Shown here piece by piece: positions 40,033 to 54,795 of a stretch of DNA of 64,000 bases; within the stretch, counting starts at the first letter, position 1; each line of letters opens with the position of its first letter. The stretch lies in NCBI GenBank assembly GCA_951406725.2, contig OX597816.1, forward strand, positions 181,970,001 through 182,034,000, read 5' to 3'. The position numbers and the translations under genes are program-made. Under the pieces are notes generated by a model. It worked only from the letters and a program-made list of their open reading frames with translations, made no database searches and was not told the DNA's origin. The DNA is from Octopus vulgaris (taxonomy: Eukaryota).

Positions 40033-40945
40033 GTAAGAAAAAAAATGTTTCATTTTATTCACCTTTTTCTTATATTAAAAAGAGGAAGGGCAGTAGCCAT
40101 GGCCTTTTTGAGCCCCCATCCCCCACACACACCAGGTAGAGGGATCAGAATAGTTTGTGAGATAAGGGTCATCAATATTTATTTAGGACAGTGGTTGGCA
40201 GAATCAGTAGAGCATCAGTCAAAATAATCTGCAGTACTTAATTACATACCTTTACATTTTGAGTTCAAATCTCACCATGGTCAACATTATCTCTGAACTT
40301 TCTGAGGTCACTTATTTATTAAAGTACTAATCATGTCCAGTGGTTGACATGTACAACTTATCATCCTCATAACTTGCTAGTATTATACCTGTATTAAAAA
40401 TTGGTGTTTGATTAGACTGAGAAGCATATATATATATATTTATATATACATTTGTGGTGGCAAATTTCATCTAAGCATGCTGGCTGTGAGTATGCGCCAT
40501 TGATGATGACCAAAGAAGCAGAAATGCATCTAGAGTTCTCACTTTCTGTCGCTGGTATAAATTTGTTCTCCCTCCAATATACATTTGGCTCTTTGCTTTC
40601 TAACAGTGATGACACTGATGTTAAGCCCTAAAGCAGTGGCTTTCTCCTTGGACAACATGAGGATGTGGAGAGAGGGAACTTGCATATAGGGCAACTGCCA
40701 GTATTCCACAAAAGAAAGGAAAAGAAAAACAACCTTGCTCAAGCCGTCTGCATGCATGTGCAGAAATATGGTCAAGCCTGACAGAGAGAGGTTCTAAATA
40801 ACTGAGCAGTATTTAAATTTCCATGGATCTTAATTAATTTCAGTTGATTGGTTTAAAGATATGTTTTGTTGAGAAGTTTTTATTGTATTTGTGGGAAATT
40901 CTATTAAATTATTTTTATTAAATTATTCTATTAAATTATTTCTAG

Positions 40946-41105
40946 GAATACGATGGTCGTAAACCCCTAACACTACATCAGACTTTGTGTATGGCTGCAG
41001 AGGTTGCTGACGGTATGGCTTACTTGGCTGATAAAAAGTATGTCCACCGAGATTTAGCTGCCAGAAATTGTATGGTATCACTTGATTCCGTTGTGAAAAT
41101 TGGAG
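40946..41105 (+). CDS. INSR: Insulin receptor kinase exon (catalytic loop HRDLAARN)
   Basis: ttctag|...|gtaatt. Translates [53 protein letters not shown]. Confidence 0.97.
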
Positions 41106-42122
41106 GTAATTATTTCATGCTATCAGAATAAGAAAGGTTCTCATTTTTTATGTTTTGAAGCATTAAGATGTTGTGTTAAAAGTAATTCTGTAAAATACGT
41201 TTTTTTCTTTTTTGTCTTGTAATTTACTTAACATGAGCTGATAACTTAAATATGTAATTTATGCTGTCTGAGAATTCAAATGATTCAGTTAACTTTTTTA
41301 AACTCTGGTATTTTGTTAATTTCCATAAAATTATCATATTGTATAGGTGATGAGGATGATGATGATGATGATGATTATCATTTTGTGTTTGTTTTCTATA
41401 CTGCTAATGAGTTGGGTGTTTGTCACAGTCTGTATCAACTGCTACCCTCCCTCACAGAGTTACTACCCTTTTAGATTTGTTATGGGACCACATCTCACTT
41501 AAGTTTCATCTTGTATGGTTTTTACAATTTTACAACTGGTGGCACATAAAAGCACCCAGTCCACACTGTAAAGTGGTTGGTGTTAGGAAGGGCATCCAGC
41601 CGTAGAAAACCATGCCAAATTAGACTGAAGTCTGGTGCAGTCTTCCAGCTTACCAGCCCTGGTTAAACCATCTAACTGACGTTAAATGATGATGATGACT
41701 TTCATAGCACCAACCATTTTACAGAGTGTGCTAGATGCCCTTTTTTGTGGAACCCACTACCAGAGAGATTGTTACACTTCAACAAGATTAAAAACATTGT
41801 TCATTCAATTCATCAACCATTTTACAGTTTATCATGACATCAGGAATCCTCTTCACCCCAAGATGTTCATTCCAAATTTTATTCAATAAATATATTACTG
41901 TTTACATCTGTACAAAATTAGATTTAACTGAATTACTGAATTACAGGGCAAATCCGCTGTGTTGTACCTATTATCTAATTTCAGTATTTATTTCCGGTAG
42001 TTCTAATCAGTAAAAAATACTTGCCCAGATTCTCTTCTATCAATTTAACATTTATAAAAATCTATCTGAATTTACTACCTAAAAATATCCTAATAGTCGT
42101 TTATGAAATCATTCCTATCCCA

Positions 42123-42195
42123 ATCACCATTAGCAACATTGTCATCACCATTAGCAACATTGTCATCACCATTAGCAACATTGTCATCACCATTA
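42123..42195. repeat. 21-bp tandem repeat x3.5
   Basis: ATCACCATTAGCAACATTGTC repeated perfectly. Confidence 0.9.
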
Positions 42196-44041
42196 TATTG
42201 GCTTTACCATGTGTCAGTGTCACATAGAATGTGCCCAGTACATTCTGTGAAGTGGTTGGCGCTAGGAAAGACATTCTTCTGTCATGCAAACCATGCCAAA
42301 TCCAGTCATTGGAGTCTGGTACAGCCCTCTGGCTTACTGGCTCCTGTCAAACAGACCCATGCCAGCATGGAAAACAGGTGTGAAAGGAAAATGAGATGAT
42401 GATGATGATGATGGTGATGACATGACCTGGACAGGGTTTTCTCTAGCACACTGTCTCATCATTTGTTACAGACCTTTGTCGTTTCCCTTCTATGTCTTCT
42501 TGGTCGTCCTCATTCATCGGTTCCTCACATGGCCGGATCAGTGCAGTCTTCTCTTTGTTCATTTTTGCTGTGTTGCTCATGCATAAATAGGATGGGTGAA
42601 TGGAAGAGTAGGAAGAGATCAGGAGCCTGGCTAGAAAGAGAGGCGGGAGTTGGAAAAGAACAAGTGCTGCAACATAAAGGGAGAAAGAGAGTAGGAAGAG
42701 ACACTGCCACTGAAAAGGATAAACACCCTGAGATAGATGTGGTATGTCATGTGACCAAATGCAAAGAGCAAACATCGTTGTCATGTGAAAGACTTCCATG
42801 AGAAGAAAACAATATTATATTTGATTGCAGGATTGTAGTATGTTTATTTATACAGTGAACATAGGTGCAGTGGAAGTCAGTGACCAGGTTGTGAATATAT
42901 GCCAACATTTGTTGACACTTGAGAGTACAACAACACAAGTTACAAAATAAAACAAAAGTATATATATGTTTGTGTGTGTGTTTTATATAACTATCTTGAC
43001 TCAATGATGGAGGTAGCATGGCTTAGGGGTTAGGGTGTTCAACTCCTGATCATGAGACTGTGATTTTGGTTCCTGAAGTGGGTGATGTATTGTGTTCATG
43101 AGCAAAACACTTCATCTCATGTCACTCCAGTTCCCTCACCTGGTAAAAATGAGTAATCCTGCCATGGACTGGCATTCCATCCAGGGAGGAATATCAAAGC
43201 CAGGGAAACCAGGAAACTGACCCTTCTTATGGGTCTAACTGTGGACTAACTATCTGGAGTCTACAATGATTTGTCTTAATTTTCATAATTAATATGAGTG
43301 ATTTTAACTCATATTAAGTCACTTGATTAAGATCAAATAAGTACAACAAATGGATATAAGAAAAATATTGGGGAATTGAAAGAAAATATTTCTGGTTCTT
43401 TGTTGACTAAATATAGTTTACATAAAATGTATACATCTTTCTTTTTCGTACTACCATGTATCACTCCTTCATTCCTGACCCACTCCTTTCTGCTTTACCC
43501 TCTCCTTAATTGATATTCACCATTGACTATGAACCCCCTTTTCTGTTTACTATTCACTGCATCACCTGTAATCGCCACTCCATATTCCCTGCTTTTAATC
43601 ATTGGTTGCTCACCTTACACTCTTGTAAACTTACCTGATCCTCTGATTCCATTCACCCTCTTGTACATTAACATCCTTACATCTCATCACCACCATCTCC
43701 TCTCCTTTTCTAACCAGGGTAGTCATGTATCCCACTGTCATAGTCATGCCCCTCAACATCTGATATAAACCACTTTCCTCAATACAATGCCCCCCACCTC
43801 CTTAAGCCAGGGTTCTTTCTTTGGAGATCTCAGTAGTGTCAGTGACACCAGAGAGGTTCCTAGCACACTCTGTAAAATAGTTGGCAATAGGAAAGGCATC
43901 TGGCAGCAGAAACCATGTCAAAACAAATATTGGAGCTCAACACGGTCCTCTGAGTTGTTAGATCTTGTTAAACAGTCCAACCCATGTCAGCATGGAATAC
44001 AGATGGAAATGATGACAGTGATGACAATAATATAATTCTGA

Positions 44042-44269
<228 letters not shown>

Positions 44270-44516
44270 TAACTCTCTGATTATTTCTATTATTTCAGCC
44301 TATGTATTGTTTTATTTCTTTACATTCTGAGTTCAGATAAATGCTGGGACCAACTCTGGCATTCTTCCTTTTGCGAGGGGAATCAATAAAGTAAAAGTAC
44401 TTGTCAAGTAATGGGGTTGATTTAGTTGATTGTTCTCTTCCCTTAAATTTCTGGCCTTGTGTCTATGTTAGAGATAATTATTTGAGCAACTCATTTGGAC
44501 TTTCAAATCTTTCCGT

Positions 44517-47500
44517 GATCCTTTTGAGACTATCCCCCATGATCCTTTTGGTCCCAGCCCACCTGAGGCTATCCCCCATGATCCTTTTGGTCCCAGCCCA
44601 CCTGAGACTATCCCCCATGATCCTTTTGGTCCCAGCCCACCTGAGACTATCCCCCATGATCCTTTTGTTCCCAGCACACCTGAGGCTATCCCCCATGATC
44701 CTTTTGGTCCCAGCCCACCTGAGGTTATCCCCCATGATCCTTTTGGTCCCAGCCCACCTGAGGCTATCCCCCATGATCCTTTTGGTCCCAGCCCACCTGA
44801 GACTATCCCCCATGATCCTTTTGGTCCCAGCCCACCTGAGGCTATCCCCCATGATCCTTTTGGTCCCAGCCCACCTGAGGCTATCCCCAATGATCCTTTT
44901 GGTCCCAGCCCACCTGAGGCTAACCCCCATGATCCTTTTGGTACCCAGCCCACCTGAGACTATCCCCCATGATCCTTTTGGTCCCAGCCCACCTGAGGCT
45001 ATCCCCCATGATCCTTTTGGTCCCAGTCCACCTGAGGCTATCCCCCATGATCCTTTTGGTCCCAGCCCACCTGAGGCTATCCCCCATGATCCTTTTGGTC
45101 CCAGCCCACCTGAGACTATCCCCCATGATCCTTTTGGTCCCAGCCCACCTGAGGCTATCCCCCATGATCCTTTTGGTCCCAGCCCACCTGAAACTATCCC
45201 CCATGATCCTTTTGGTCCCAGCCCACCTGAGGCTATCCCCCATGATCCTTTTGGTCCCAGCCCACCTGAGGCTATCCCCCATGATCCTTTTGGTCCCAGC
45301 CCACCTGAGGCTATCCCCCATGATCCTTTTGGTCCCAGCCCACCTGAGGCTATACCCCATGATCCTTTTGGTCCCAGCACACCTGAGACTATCCCCCATG
45401 ATCCTTTTGGTCCCAGCCCACCTGAGGCTATCCCCCATGATCCTTTTGGTCCCAGCCCACCTGAGGCTATCCCCCATGATCCTTTTGGTCCCAGCCCACC
45501 TGAGACTATCCCCCATGATCCTTTTGGTCCCAGCCCACCTGAGGCTATCCCCCATGATCCTTTTGGTCCCAGCCCACCTGAGGCTATCCCCCATGATCCT
45601 TTTGGTCCCAGCCCACCTGAGACTATCCCCCATGATCCTTTTGGTCCCAGCCCACCTGAGGCTATCCCCCATGATCCTTTTGGTCCCAGCCCACCTGAGA
45701 CTATCCCCCATGATCCTTTTGGTCCCAGCCCACCTGAGGCTATCCCCCATGATCCTTTTGGTCCCAGCCCACCTGAAACTATCCCCCATGATCCTTTTGG
45801 TCCCAGCCCACCTGAGGCTATCCCCCATGATCCTTTTGGTCCCAGCCCACCTGAGGCTATCCCCCATGATCCTTTTGGTCCCAGCCCACCTGAGGCTATC
45901 CCCCATGATCCTTTTGGTCCCAGCCCACCTGAGGCTATCCCCCATGATCCTTTTGGTCCCAGCCCACCTGAGACTATCCCCCATGATCCTTTTGGTCCCA
46001 GCCCACCTGAGGCTATCCCCCATGATCCTTTTGGTCCCAGCCCACCTGAGGCTATCCCCCATGATCCTTTTGGTCCCAGCCCACCTGAGGCTATCCCCCA
46101 TGATCCTTTTGGTCCCAGCCCACCTGAGACTATCCCCCATGATCCTTTTGGTCCCAGCCCACCTGAGGCTATCCCCCATGATCCTTTTGGTCCCAGCCCA
46201 CCTGAGGCTATCCCCCATGATCCTTTTGGTCCCAGCCCACCTGAGGCTATCCCCCATGATCCTTTTGGTCCCAGCCCACCTGAGACTATCCCCCATGATC
46301 CTTTTGGTCCCAGCCCACCTGAGGCTATCCCCCATGATCCTTTTGGTCCCAGCCCACCTGAGACTATCCCCCATGATCCTTTTGGTCCCAGCCCACCTGA
46401 GGCTATCCCCCATGATCCTTTTGGTCCCAGCCCACCTGAGGATATCCCCCATGATCCTTTTGGTCCCAGCCCACCTGAGACTATCCCCCATGATCCTTTT
46501 GGTCCCAGCCCACCTGAGACTATCCCCCATGATCCTTTTGGTCCCAGCCCACCTGAGACTATCCCCCATGATCCTTTTGGTCCCAGCCCACCTGAGGCTA
46601 TCCCCCATGATCCTTTTGGTCCCAGCCCACCTGAGACTATCCCCCATGATCCTTTTGGTCCCAGCCCACCTGAGACTATCCCCCATGATCCTTTTGGTCC
46701 CAGCCCACCTGAGGCTATCCCCCATGATCCTTTTGGTCCCAGCCCACCTGAGGCTATCCCCCATGATCCTTTTGGTCCCAGCCCACCTGAGGCTATCCCC
46801 CATGATCCTTTTGGTCCCAGCCCACCTGAGGCTATCCCCCATGATCCTTTTGGTCCCAGCCCACCTGAGGCTATCCCCCATGATCCTTTTGGTCCCAGCC
46901 CACCTGAGGCTATCCCCCATGATCCTTTTGGTCCCAGCCCACCTGAGGCTATCCCCCATGATCCTTTTGGTCCCAGCCCACCTGAGGCTATCCCCCATGA
47001 TCCTTTTGGTCCCAGCCCACCTGAGGCTATCCCCCATGATCCTTTTGGTCCCAGCCCACCTGAGGCTATCCCCCATGATCCTTTTGGTCCCAGCCCACCT
47101 GAGGCTATCCCCCATGATCCTTTTGGTCCCAGCCCACCTGAGGCTATCCCCCATGATCCTTTTGGTCCCAGCCCACCTGAGGCTATCCCCCATGATCCTT
47201 TTGGTCCCAGCCCACCTGAGGCTATCCCCCATGATCCTTTTGGTCCCAGCCCACCTGAGGCTATCCCCCATGATCCTTTTGGTCCCAGCCCACCTGAGGC
47301 TATCCCCCATGATCATTTTGGTCCCAGCCCACCTGAGGCTATCCCCCATGATCCTTTTGGTCCCAGCCCACCTGAGACTATCCCCCATGATCCTTTTGGT
47401 CCCAGCCCACCTGAGGCTATCCCCCATGATCCTTTTGGTCCCAGCCCACCTGAGGCTATCCCCCATGATCCTTTTGGTCCCAGCCCACCTGAGACTATCC

Positions 47501-49817
47501 CCCATGATCCTTTTGGTCCCAGCCCACCTGAGGCTATCCCCCATGATCCTTTTGGTCCCAGCCCACCTGAGACTATCCCCCATGATCCTTTTGGTCCCAG
47601 CCCACCTGAGGCTATCCCCCATGATCCTTTTGGTCCCAGCCCACCTGAGGCTATCCCCCATGATCCTTTTGGTCCCAGCCCACCTGAGGCTATCCCCCAT
47701 GATCCTTTTGGTCCCAGCCCACCTGAGGCTATCCCCCATGATCCTTTTGGTCCCAGCCCACCTGAGGCTATCCCCCATGATCCTTTTGGTCCCAGCCCAC
47801 CTGAGGCTATCCCCCATGATCCTTTTGGTCCCAGCCCACCTGAGGCTATCCCCCATGATCCTTTTGGTCCCAGCCCACCTGAGGCTATCCCCCATGATCC
47901 TTTTGGTCCCAGCCCACCTGAGGCTATCCCCCATGATCCTTTTGGTCCCAGCCCACCTGAGGCTATCCCCCATGATCCTTTTGGTCCCCCACCTGAGGCT
48001 ATCCCCATGATCCTTTGGTCCCAGCCCACCTGAGGCTATCCCCCATGATCCTTTTGGTCCCAGCCCACCTGAGGCTATCCCCCATGATCCTTTTGGTCCC
48101 AGCCCACCTGAGGCTATCCCCCATGATCCTTTTGGTCCCAGCCCACCTGAGGCTATCCCCCATGATCCTTTTGGTCCCAGCCCACCTGAGGCTATCCCCC
48201 ATGATCCTTTTGGTCCCAGCCCACCTGAGGCTATCCCCCATGATCCTTTTGGTCCCAGCCCACCTGAGGCTATCCCCCATGATCCTTTTGGTCCCAGCCC
48301 ACCTGAGGCTATCCCCCATGATCCTTTTGGTCCCAGCCCACCTGAGGCTATCCCCCATGATCCTTTTGGTCCCAGCCCACCTGAGGCTATCCCCCATGAT
48401 CCTTTTGGTCCCAGCCCACCTGAGGCTATCCCCCATGATCCTTTTGGTCCCAGCCCACCTGAGGCTATCCCCCATGATCCTTTTGGTCCCAGCCCACCTG
48501 AGACTATCCCCCATGATCCTTTTGGTCCCAGCCCACCTGAGGCTATCCCCCATGATCCTTTTGGTCCCAGCCCACCTGAGGCTATCCCCCATGATCCTTT
48601 TGGTCCCAGCCCACCTGAGACTATCCCCCATGATCCTTTTGGTCCCAGCCCACCTGAGACTATCCCCCATGATCCTTTTGGTCCCAGCCCACCTGAGGCT
48701 ATCCCCCATGATCCTTTTGGTCCCAGCCCACCTGAGACTATCCCCCATGATCCTTTTGGTCCCAGCCCACCTGAGGCTATCCCCCATGATCCTTTTCCCA
48801 GCCCACCTGAGCTCCCAGCCCACCTGAGGCTATCCCCCATGATCCTTTTGGTCCCAGCCCACCTGAGGCTATCCCCCATGATCCTTTTGGTCCCAGCCCA
48901 CCTGAGACTATCCCCCATGATCCTTTTGGTCCCAGCCCACCTGAGACTATCCCCCATGATCCTTTTGGTCCCAGCCCACCTGAGACTATCCCCCATGATC
49001 CTTTTGGTCCCAGCCCACCTGAGGCTATCCCCCATGATCCTTTTGGTCCCAGCCCACCTGAGACTATCCCCCATGATCCTTTTGGTCCCAGCCCACCTGA
49101 GGCTATCCCCCATGATCCTTTTGGTCCCAGCCCACCTGAGACTATCCCCCATGATCCTTTTGGTCCCAGCCCACCTGAGACTATCCCCCATGATCCTTTT
49201 GGTCCCAGCCCACCTGAGGCTATCCCCCATGATCCTTTTGGTCCCAGCCCACCTGAGACTATCCCCCATGATCCTTTTGGTCCCAGCCCACCTGAGGCTA
49301 TCCCCCATGATCCTTTTGGTCCCAGCCCACCTGAGGCTATCCCCATGATCCCCCATGATCCTTGGTCCCAGCCCACCTGAGACTATCCCCCATGATCCTT
49401 TTGGTCCCAGCCCACCTGAGGCTATCCCCCATGATCCTTTTGGTCCCAGCCCACCTGAGACTATCCCCCATGATCCTTTTGGTCCCAGCCCACCTGAGGC
49501 TATCCCCCATGATCCTTTTGGTCCCAGCCCACCTGAGGCTATCCCCCATGATCCTTTTGGTCCCAGCCCACCTGAGACTATCCCCCATGATCCTTTTGGT
49601 CCCAGCCCACCTGAGGCTATCCCCCATGATCCTTTTGGTCCCAGCCCACCTGAGACTATCCCCCATGATCCTTTTGGTCCCAGCCCACCTGAGGCTATCC
49701 CCCATGATCCTTTTGGTCCCAGCCCACCTGAGGCTATCCCCCATGATCCTTTTGGTCCCAGCCCACCTGAGACTATCCCCCATGATCCTTTTGGTCCCAG
49801 CCCACCTGAAACTATCC
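44517..49817. repeat. 39-bp minisatellite, ~136 units, intronic
   Basis: Unit GATCCTTTTGGTCCCAGCCCACCTGAG(G/A)CTATCCCCCAT repeated head to tail. Explains all ORFs between 44401 and 49889. Confidence 0.98.
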
Positions 49818-51838
49818 TTAATTATGTTATACAAAATTTGTTGTTTTAAAATGTTCAGTTGTAAACTGAAACTTTCCATTATAGTTTAATGTAAAAATCT
49901 TTTAAGTTCTGATCTTTATATGGTTGCTTGACCTGCCTGAAAAACCAGCCAAGTTCCCCTCAAACCACACCCAACCATCTTAAAATAGAAAGATGATAGC
50001 CTTGATGCATTATCTGAAGGAAATGCGTGATGGTCATCGCTGGAATATCTTTAATCAGTGATCTATTTAATCAGCACTCTGGGTAGTCAAGGAGCTAAAT
50101 GACAACCAAATAATTAAGAAGTTTGTTGTTTTTAACTACATCTATTCAAATTCTTGATTATTTTTCAAAAGAAATTAAGGCAGCTGTTAGAATCATTAGC
50201 CTGTTGGACAAAATGGTTAGCGGCATTTCGTCTGTCTTTACATCCCGCTCCCAAAGTCTGCTGCGGTCAACTTTGCCTTACATCCCTTCTGGGTCAATAA
50301 AACAAGTACCAGTTAAGTACTGGGTTTGATGTAATCATCTTCCCCTTCCCCTCAAAAATTGCTGGTCCCTTGCCAATATCTATTTCATTAGAAATGCAAT
50401 CAGCAACTGTTTCAATAAATCCCTGCTGTCTTAAACAGCTGCATTCCAAGAATTAATCTCCTGTACAAATCAGACAAACTGGTCATGATGAAAGGAACTA
50501 AAAGTCTGAGCTAGATTCAACATGCTCTTTTTTTTTTTTTAGAATAACTATGCAATGACTTTTCTTCACCCTAAACCAATGTTCCCCAGTGTTTTTACTT
50601 TTGGTGAATCCTTGAAATACTTTTCTTATCTGAGGGAACCATTATTATATAAATATTATTATACTTTTTTAAACTCTAGCATTCACTTTACTCTACCAAG
50701 CGTAAACTTATTGTTATGCTTAGGAATGGTCATATTTTGCCAATCAAACATCTGCATTATATATATGGTCACCACTTCAGCTTTATCATTATTATTTTAG
50801 TTTCTTTATCAAAGCTCTTTTGTCACACATGCTGTGACCTCTTCAGGGACTCTCTATCCCATGTGTCTCCTCTTGTTCTATTTATTCTATTTTGTAATAC
50901 TTACTTATTCACATTGTTTTGAATTAATCATGCATTTGCTTTGTAGCTTTGAGATTTTGATAATGTGAGTATTTATTTTTAAAATGATATTGTACGTTAG
51001 CTGTGAGAGACCAGATCTGGGTGGTTGGAGTAGAATATTTGGGCCAGGTATGGCCAGTTGAAATGCTAAAGTGTTAATGTTTTTCATTCATTAAAATTTT
51101 ATAACAGATTAAATTAACCATAACAACTATCTTCGAAAGGTTTGGCAGTGCTAAATTCATCACACACCACAATGAAAATTAAAGAAATTTCATCTTAACC
51201 AAAACCTTGTTTAAGAAGTCATTTTTCCCTTAGGGTTTGCTAACTACCCTTAGATTCTAAGATTTTCCCATATTACATGTACAATACGCATAACAAATGT
51301 AGAATTATACACAAAAAGGACTCAGAAATTCTTTTCGGTATATTTATCCTTATGAAATGCTGCTCAAGACTTCAACCCCTCAAAAACTATCTTCTCTCTT
51401 CATTTACACACCATTGAAAAGCTCAAAAAAGTTTGAGATGGATCTGGTGTTCTTGCTAGCTGCTTTTGGGATGAATTCTCATCTGCTTCCAGTGTGTTTT
51501 TAACACAGCATGTCAGTAAGAGATGTTATCTCAGGACAAATACCATAGTAACTGGCTTGTCAACAGTGTCTATACATTTAATATGATACATAAATAGCTC
51601 CTTTAATTTGTTATTGCTTTAATTGTGTATACCAGATTTTTATTCTTATTATTTTGAAACAGCTATTTTAGTGTTAACTAATCTTTTGTTGTGCATGTGT
51701 ATTTATTTATATTTATTTTGTTATTCTTATATATGTAAACTAATGCCATTTAAATCAGTATTTCAGTTGACAGTCCGGTTGTTTTTATTTATTAGTAGTG
51801 GCTAAACTAATGCTAATTTATTTAAATATCCTTTTTAG

Positions 51839-51973
51839 GTCGTATGGAGTGGTCATTTGGGAAATGGCAACGTTAGCTGCGATGCCATATCAAGGCTTGT
51901 CAAACTCAGAAGTGGTGAAATTCGTTTCAGATGGCAAAATAATGGAAAAACCAGAGGGCTGTCCAAAACGCCT
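51839..51973 (+). CDS. INSR: Insulin receptor kinase exon (C-lobe)
   Basis: ttttag|...|gtaagt. Translates [45 protein letters not shown]. Confidence 0.97.
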
Positions 51974-52020
51974 GTAAGTATATATTTGAAAAATTAAGGG
52001 ATTAATTAAGGGAAAAATTA

Positions 52021-52184
52021 AGGCGCAGGAGTGGCTGTGTGGTAAGTAGCTTGCTAAACAACCACATGGTCCCGGGTTCAGTCCCACTGCGTGGCATCTT
52101 GGGCAAGTGTCTTCTGCTATAGCCCCGGGCCGACCAATGCCTTGTGAGTGGATTTGGTAGACGGAAACTGAAAGAAGCCTGTCG

Positions 52185-52221
<37 letters not shown>

Positions 52222-52427
52222 TTGTGTGTCTGTGTTTGTCCCCCTAGCATTGCTTGACAACCGATGGTGATGTGTTTACATCCCCGTCACTTAGCGGTTC
52301 GACAAAATAGACCGATAGAATAAGTACTGGGCTTACAAAGAACAAGTCCCGGGGTCGATTTGTTCGACTAAAGGCGGTGCTCCAGCATGGCCGCAGTCAA
52401 ATGACTGAAACAAGTAAAAGAGTAAAA
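52021..52427 (+). mobile_element. tRNA-derived SINE, major family, well preserved
   Basis: Full head to tail with many CpGs retained. Confidence 0.88.
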
Positions 52428-52499
52428 GAGAGAGGATGGATTTTTTTTTTTTTTTTTGTTATGCATGTATGGTGTGTGTGTGTGTATTATCATTATGAT

Positions 52500-52536
<37 letters not shown>

Positions 52537-54260
52537 TATAAACTTTCTCTCCAGAAAACAATAGCTGTTTTCATCAGTGGCATCTTATAAAATGTTACTC
52601 ATATTAATTACAGAAACACAGTTTGAAGTTGAGAAAAAAGAGGCGATTTGGATTTTAGTGGAAATTCATAAAGTAGCTATTTTCAAATCAAATTTTAAAA
52701 AGAAGAAAAAAGTCATTGATGTGTGTGTTGTGTTTTTCACTAAACTTTCACTCATGGTAACTAACGAATAAATGAGATACTTCTTATTATAGAGGAGGAA
52801 CAGGATTAGATGCTGAGGATTTCAGTGAGTGATGAGTTATACTCTGCACACCCATTCAACCATCCTGGTTATATGAGTTTAGTGTGAGGAAATATTAGGT
52901 GTGACTGTTTGTCACCCAACCTCATGGTTTTGGTTTCAAGTCCCACTGAGTGATACCTTGGCTAAATGTTCTTTGTTATTGATCCATGTTGACCAAAACC
53001 TTGTAAGTGGATTTCGTAGATAGAAACTGAAAGAAACCTGCTGCATATGTCTATATGTGCGTGAGTGTGTGTATATTTGTGTCTCCTTGTCTTGCCATTG
53101 CATCATAGTTGTAAATGAGTGCCACTGTTATAGAAGCAGTGTCATTCTTTTCCAATATTCTGCGAAAATATGTTTGGCTGTTGAGACAGGTGAGAGTTGG
53201 TGACAGGCACGGCTGTAGAAAATCTGGAAAAGTGAGCGTTAAAACAGTCATGATGATGATGAAACCAACAGGCCAACTAGAGCCTCTGCAGAGTCACTCA
53301 GCTTACTAGAAATAGCAGCAAAATCTCCCTCAAATTACATCTTAATGTTTTGGGAAAATGGAAGGACACATTAGATAATGAAGCCATATAATGGCTCCTC
53401 AGTTATGTTTAGTGATGAGCATTCAGTTGCTTTGGCTGCCCCACTCATTGAGTTAACCTGTAAAGGGCTGACTTCTTATATTCACAGAGACATTGACCTG
53501 TAATGTAAACCAAAATTTCTGTCTGCCTAATTTCACTCACAAGACTTGGATTCATCGTAGGCAATGATATAGAACACTTGTCCAAAGTACCAGTCAGACC
53601 AAACTCAGGATTTTGAGACTGCATTGCAAACTTCTTAGCCACTCAGCAATAACTACTGCTATGAGCCATATATACATACTGTTATACATTCCATAGTTGG
53701 AATGTCTTTAATGATTGAGCTGCTCAATTCGCTCATGGTTGACTGGAGCTAAATAACGATAACACAGCAGAAAATGTTTTGCTTTCTAATATAGGAATCC
53801 ATTGATGAGATGTTGAATAAATTTTGTAGATGTCTTGACGTTTGGTCAGTTGTAATAGTGTTTTGTTATGACTAGCACAAATATTACGGTTGTCTTACAT
53901 TTTTTTCCCCCCTATTAATGGGGGTGTAGAGGAAGGGCTTGTGGCCTTGGCATTTGAAAGCTCTTCAAGGCTTACGACTGAGATTATTTATATTCTGCTT
54001 AAATTACTGCAGGAAAGATATGTGCGAGGAGAGAATTTTAAAAAGCTGATGTTCTGGACAGGGAAGACTGAGAATAGGGATTAATGCAGAACCTGGAGTG
54101 TGGGTGGTGGGGAGAGGCACGTGAGTGGGAGTGGATTGAGATCAGCCGGGTTTGAGAAGCAGGGGCCATTGTTAAAAGAAGTAGTGTATGTAACCATTCC
54201 TCACATATGAATATATTTTGGTAGCAGCAACTGTGCTTTCACTATTTTGTGTGATTACAT

Positions 54261-54529
54261 AGGCACAGGCATGGCTCTGTGATAAGAAGCTTGCTTCCCA
54301 ACCACATGGTTCTAGGTTCAGTCTCACTGCATGGCACCTTGAGCAAGTGTGTTCTACTATAGCTTCAGGCTGGCCAAAGCCTTGTGAATAGAATTGGTAG
54401 ACAGAAACTGAAAGAAGCCCATCATGTGTGTGTGTCATCATCATCATCATCATCATTTAACGTCTGCTTTCCATGCTAGCATGGGTTGGACGGTTCAACT
54501 GGAGTCTGGGGAGCCCGAAGACTGCACTG

Positions 54530-54560
<31 letters not shown>

Positions 54561-54795
54561 ATATATGTATTATATGTGTATTTGTGTCTCTGTTTGTTTT
54601 CCCTCCCCCATTGCTTGACAATCAATGCTGGTGGGTTTATGTCCCACGTAACTTAGTGGTTTGGCAAAAAGAGACCAATAGAATAAATACTAGGCTTACA
54701 AGGAGTAAGTCCTGGGGTTGATTTGTTTGACCAAAACCCTTTAAAGCAGTGCTCCATCATGGCCACAATCAAATGACTGAAACAAGTAAAAGAAT
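54261..54795 (+). mobile_element. Major-family SINE with a nested RTE-tail fragment
   Basis: SINE head and tail interrupted at the central microsatellite by (CAT)n-CCATGCTAGCATGG. Confidence 0.75.

Noticed and set aside
40498-40622. Possible C/D box snoRNA (ATGATGA...CTGA)
   Set aside because: No convincing terminal stem or recognisable rRNA guide, and the motifs are common by chance here.
44517-49817. CRISPR-like array
   Set aside because: No unique spacers; a pure tandem repeat in a eukaryotic intron.
44401-49889. ORFs of 1000-1478 aa, including Gly-rich GGLGPKGSWGIAS and Pro-rich PSPPEAIPHDPFG repeats resembling structural proteins
   Set aside because: They follow automatically from a 39-bp unit lacking stops in four frames on both strands. 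There is no signal peptide or codon-position pattern of variation, indels switch frames freely, and the region is intronic.
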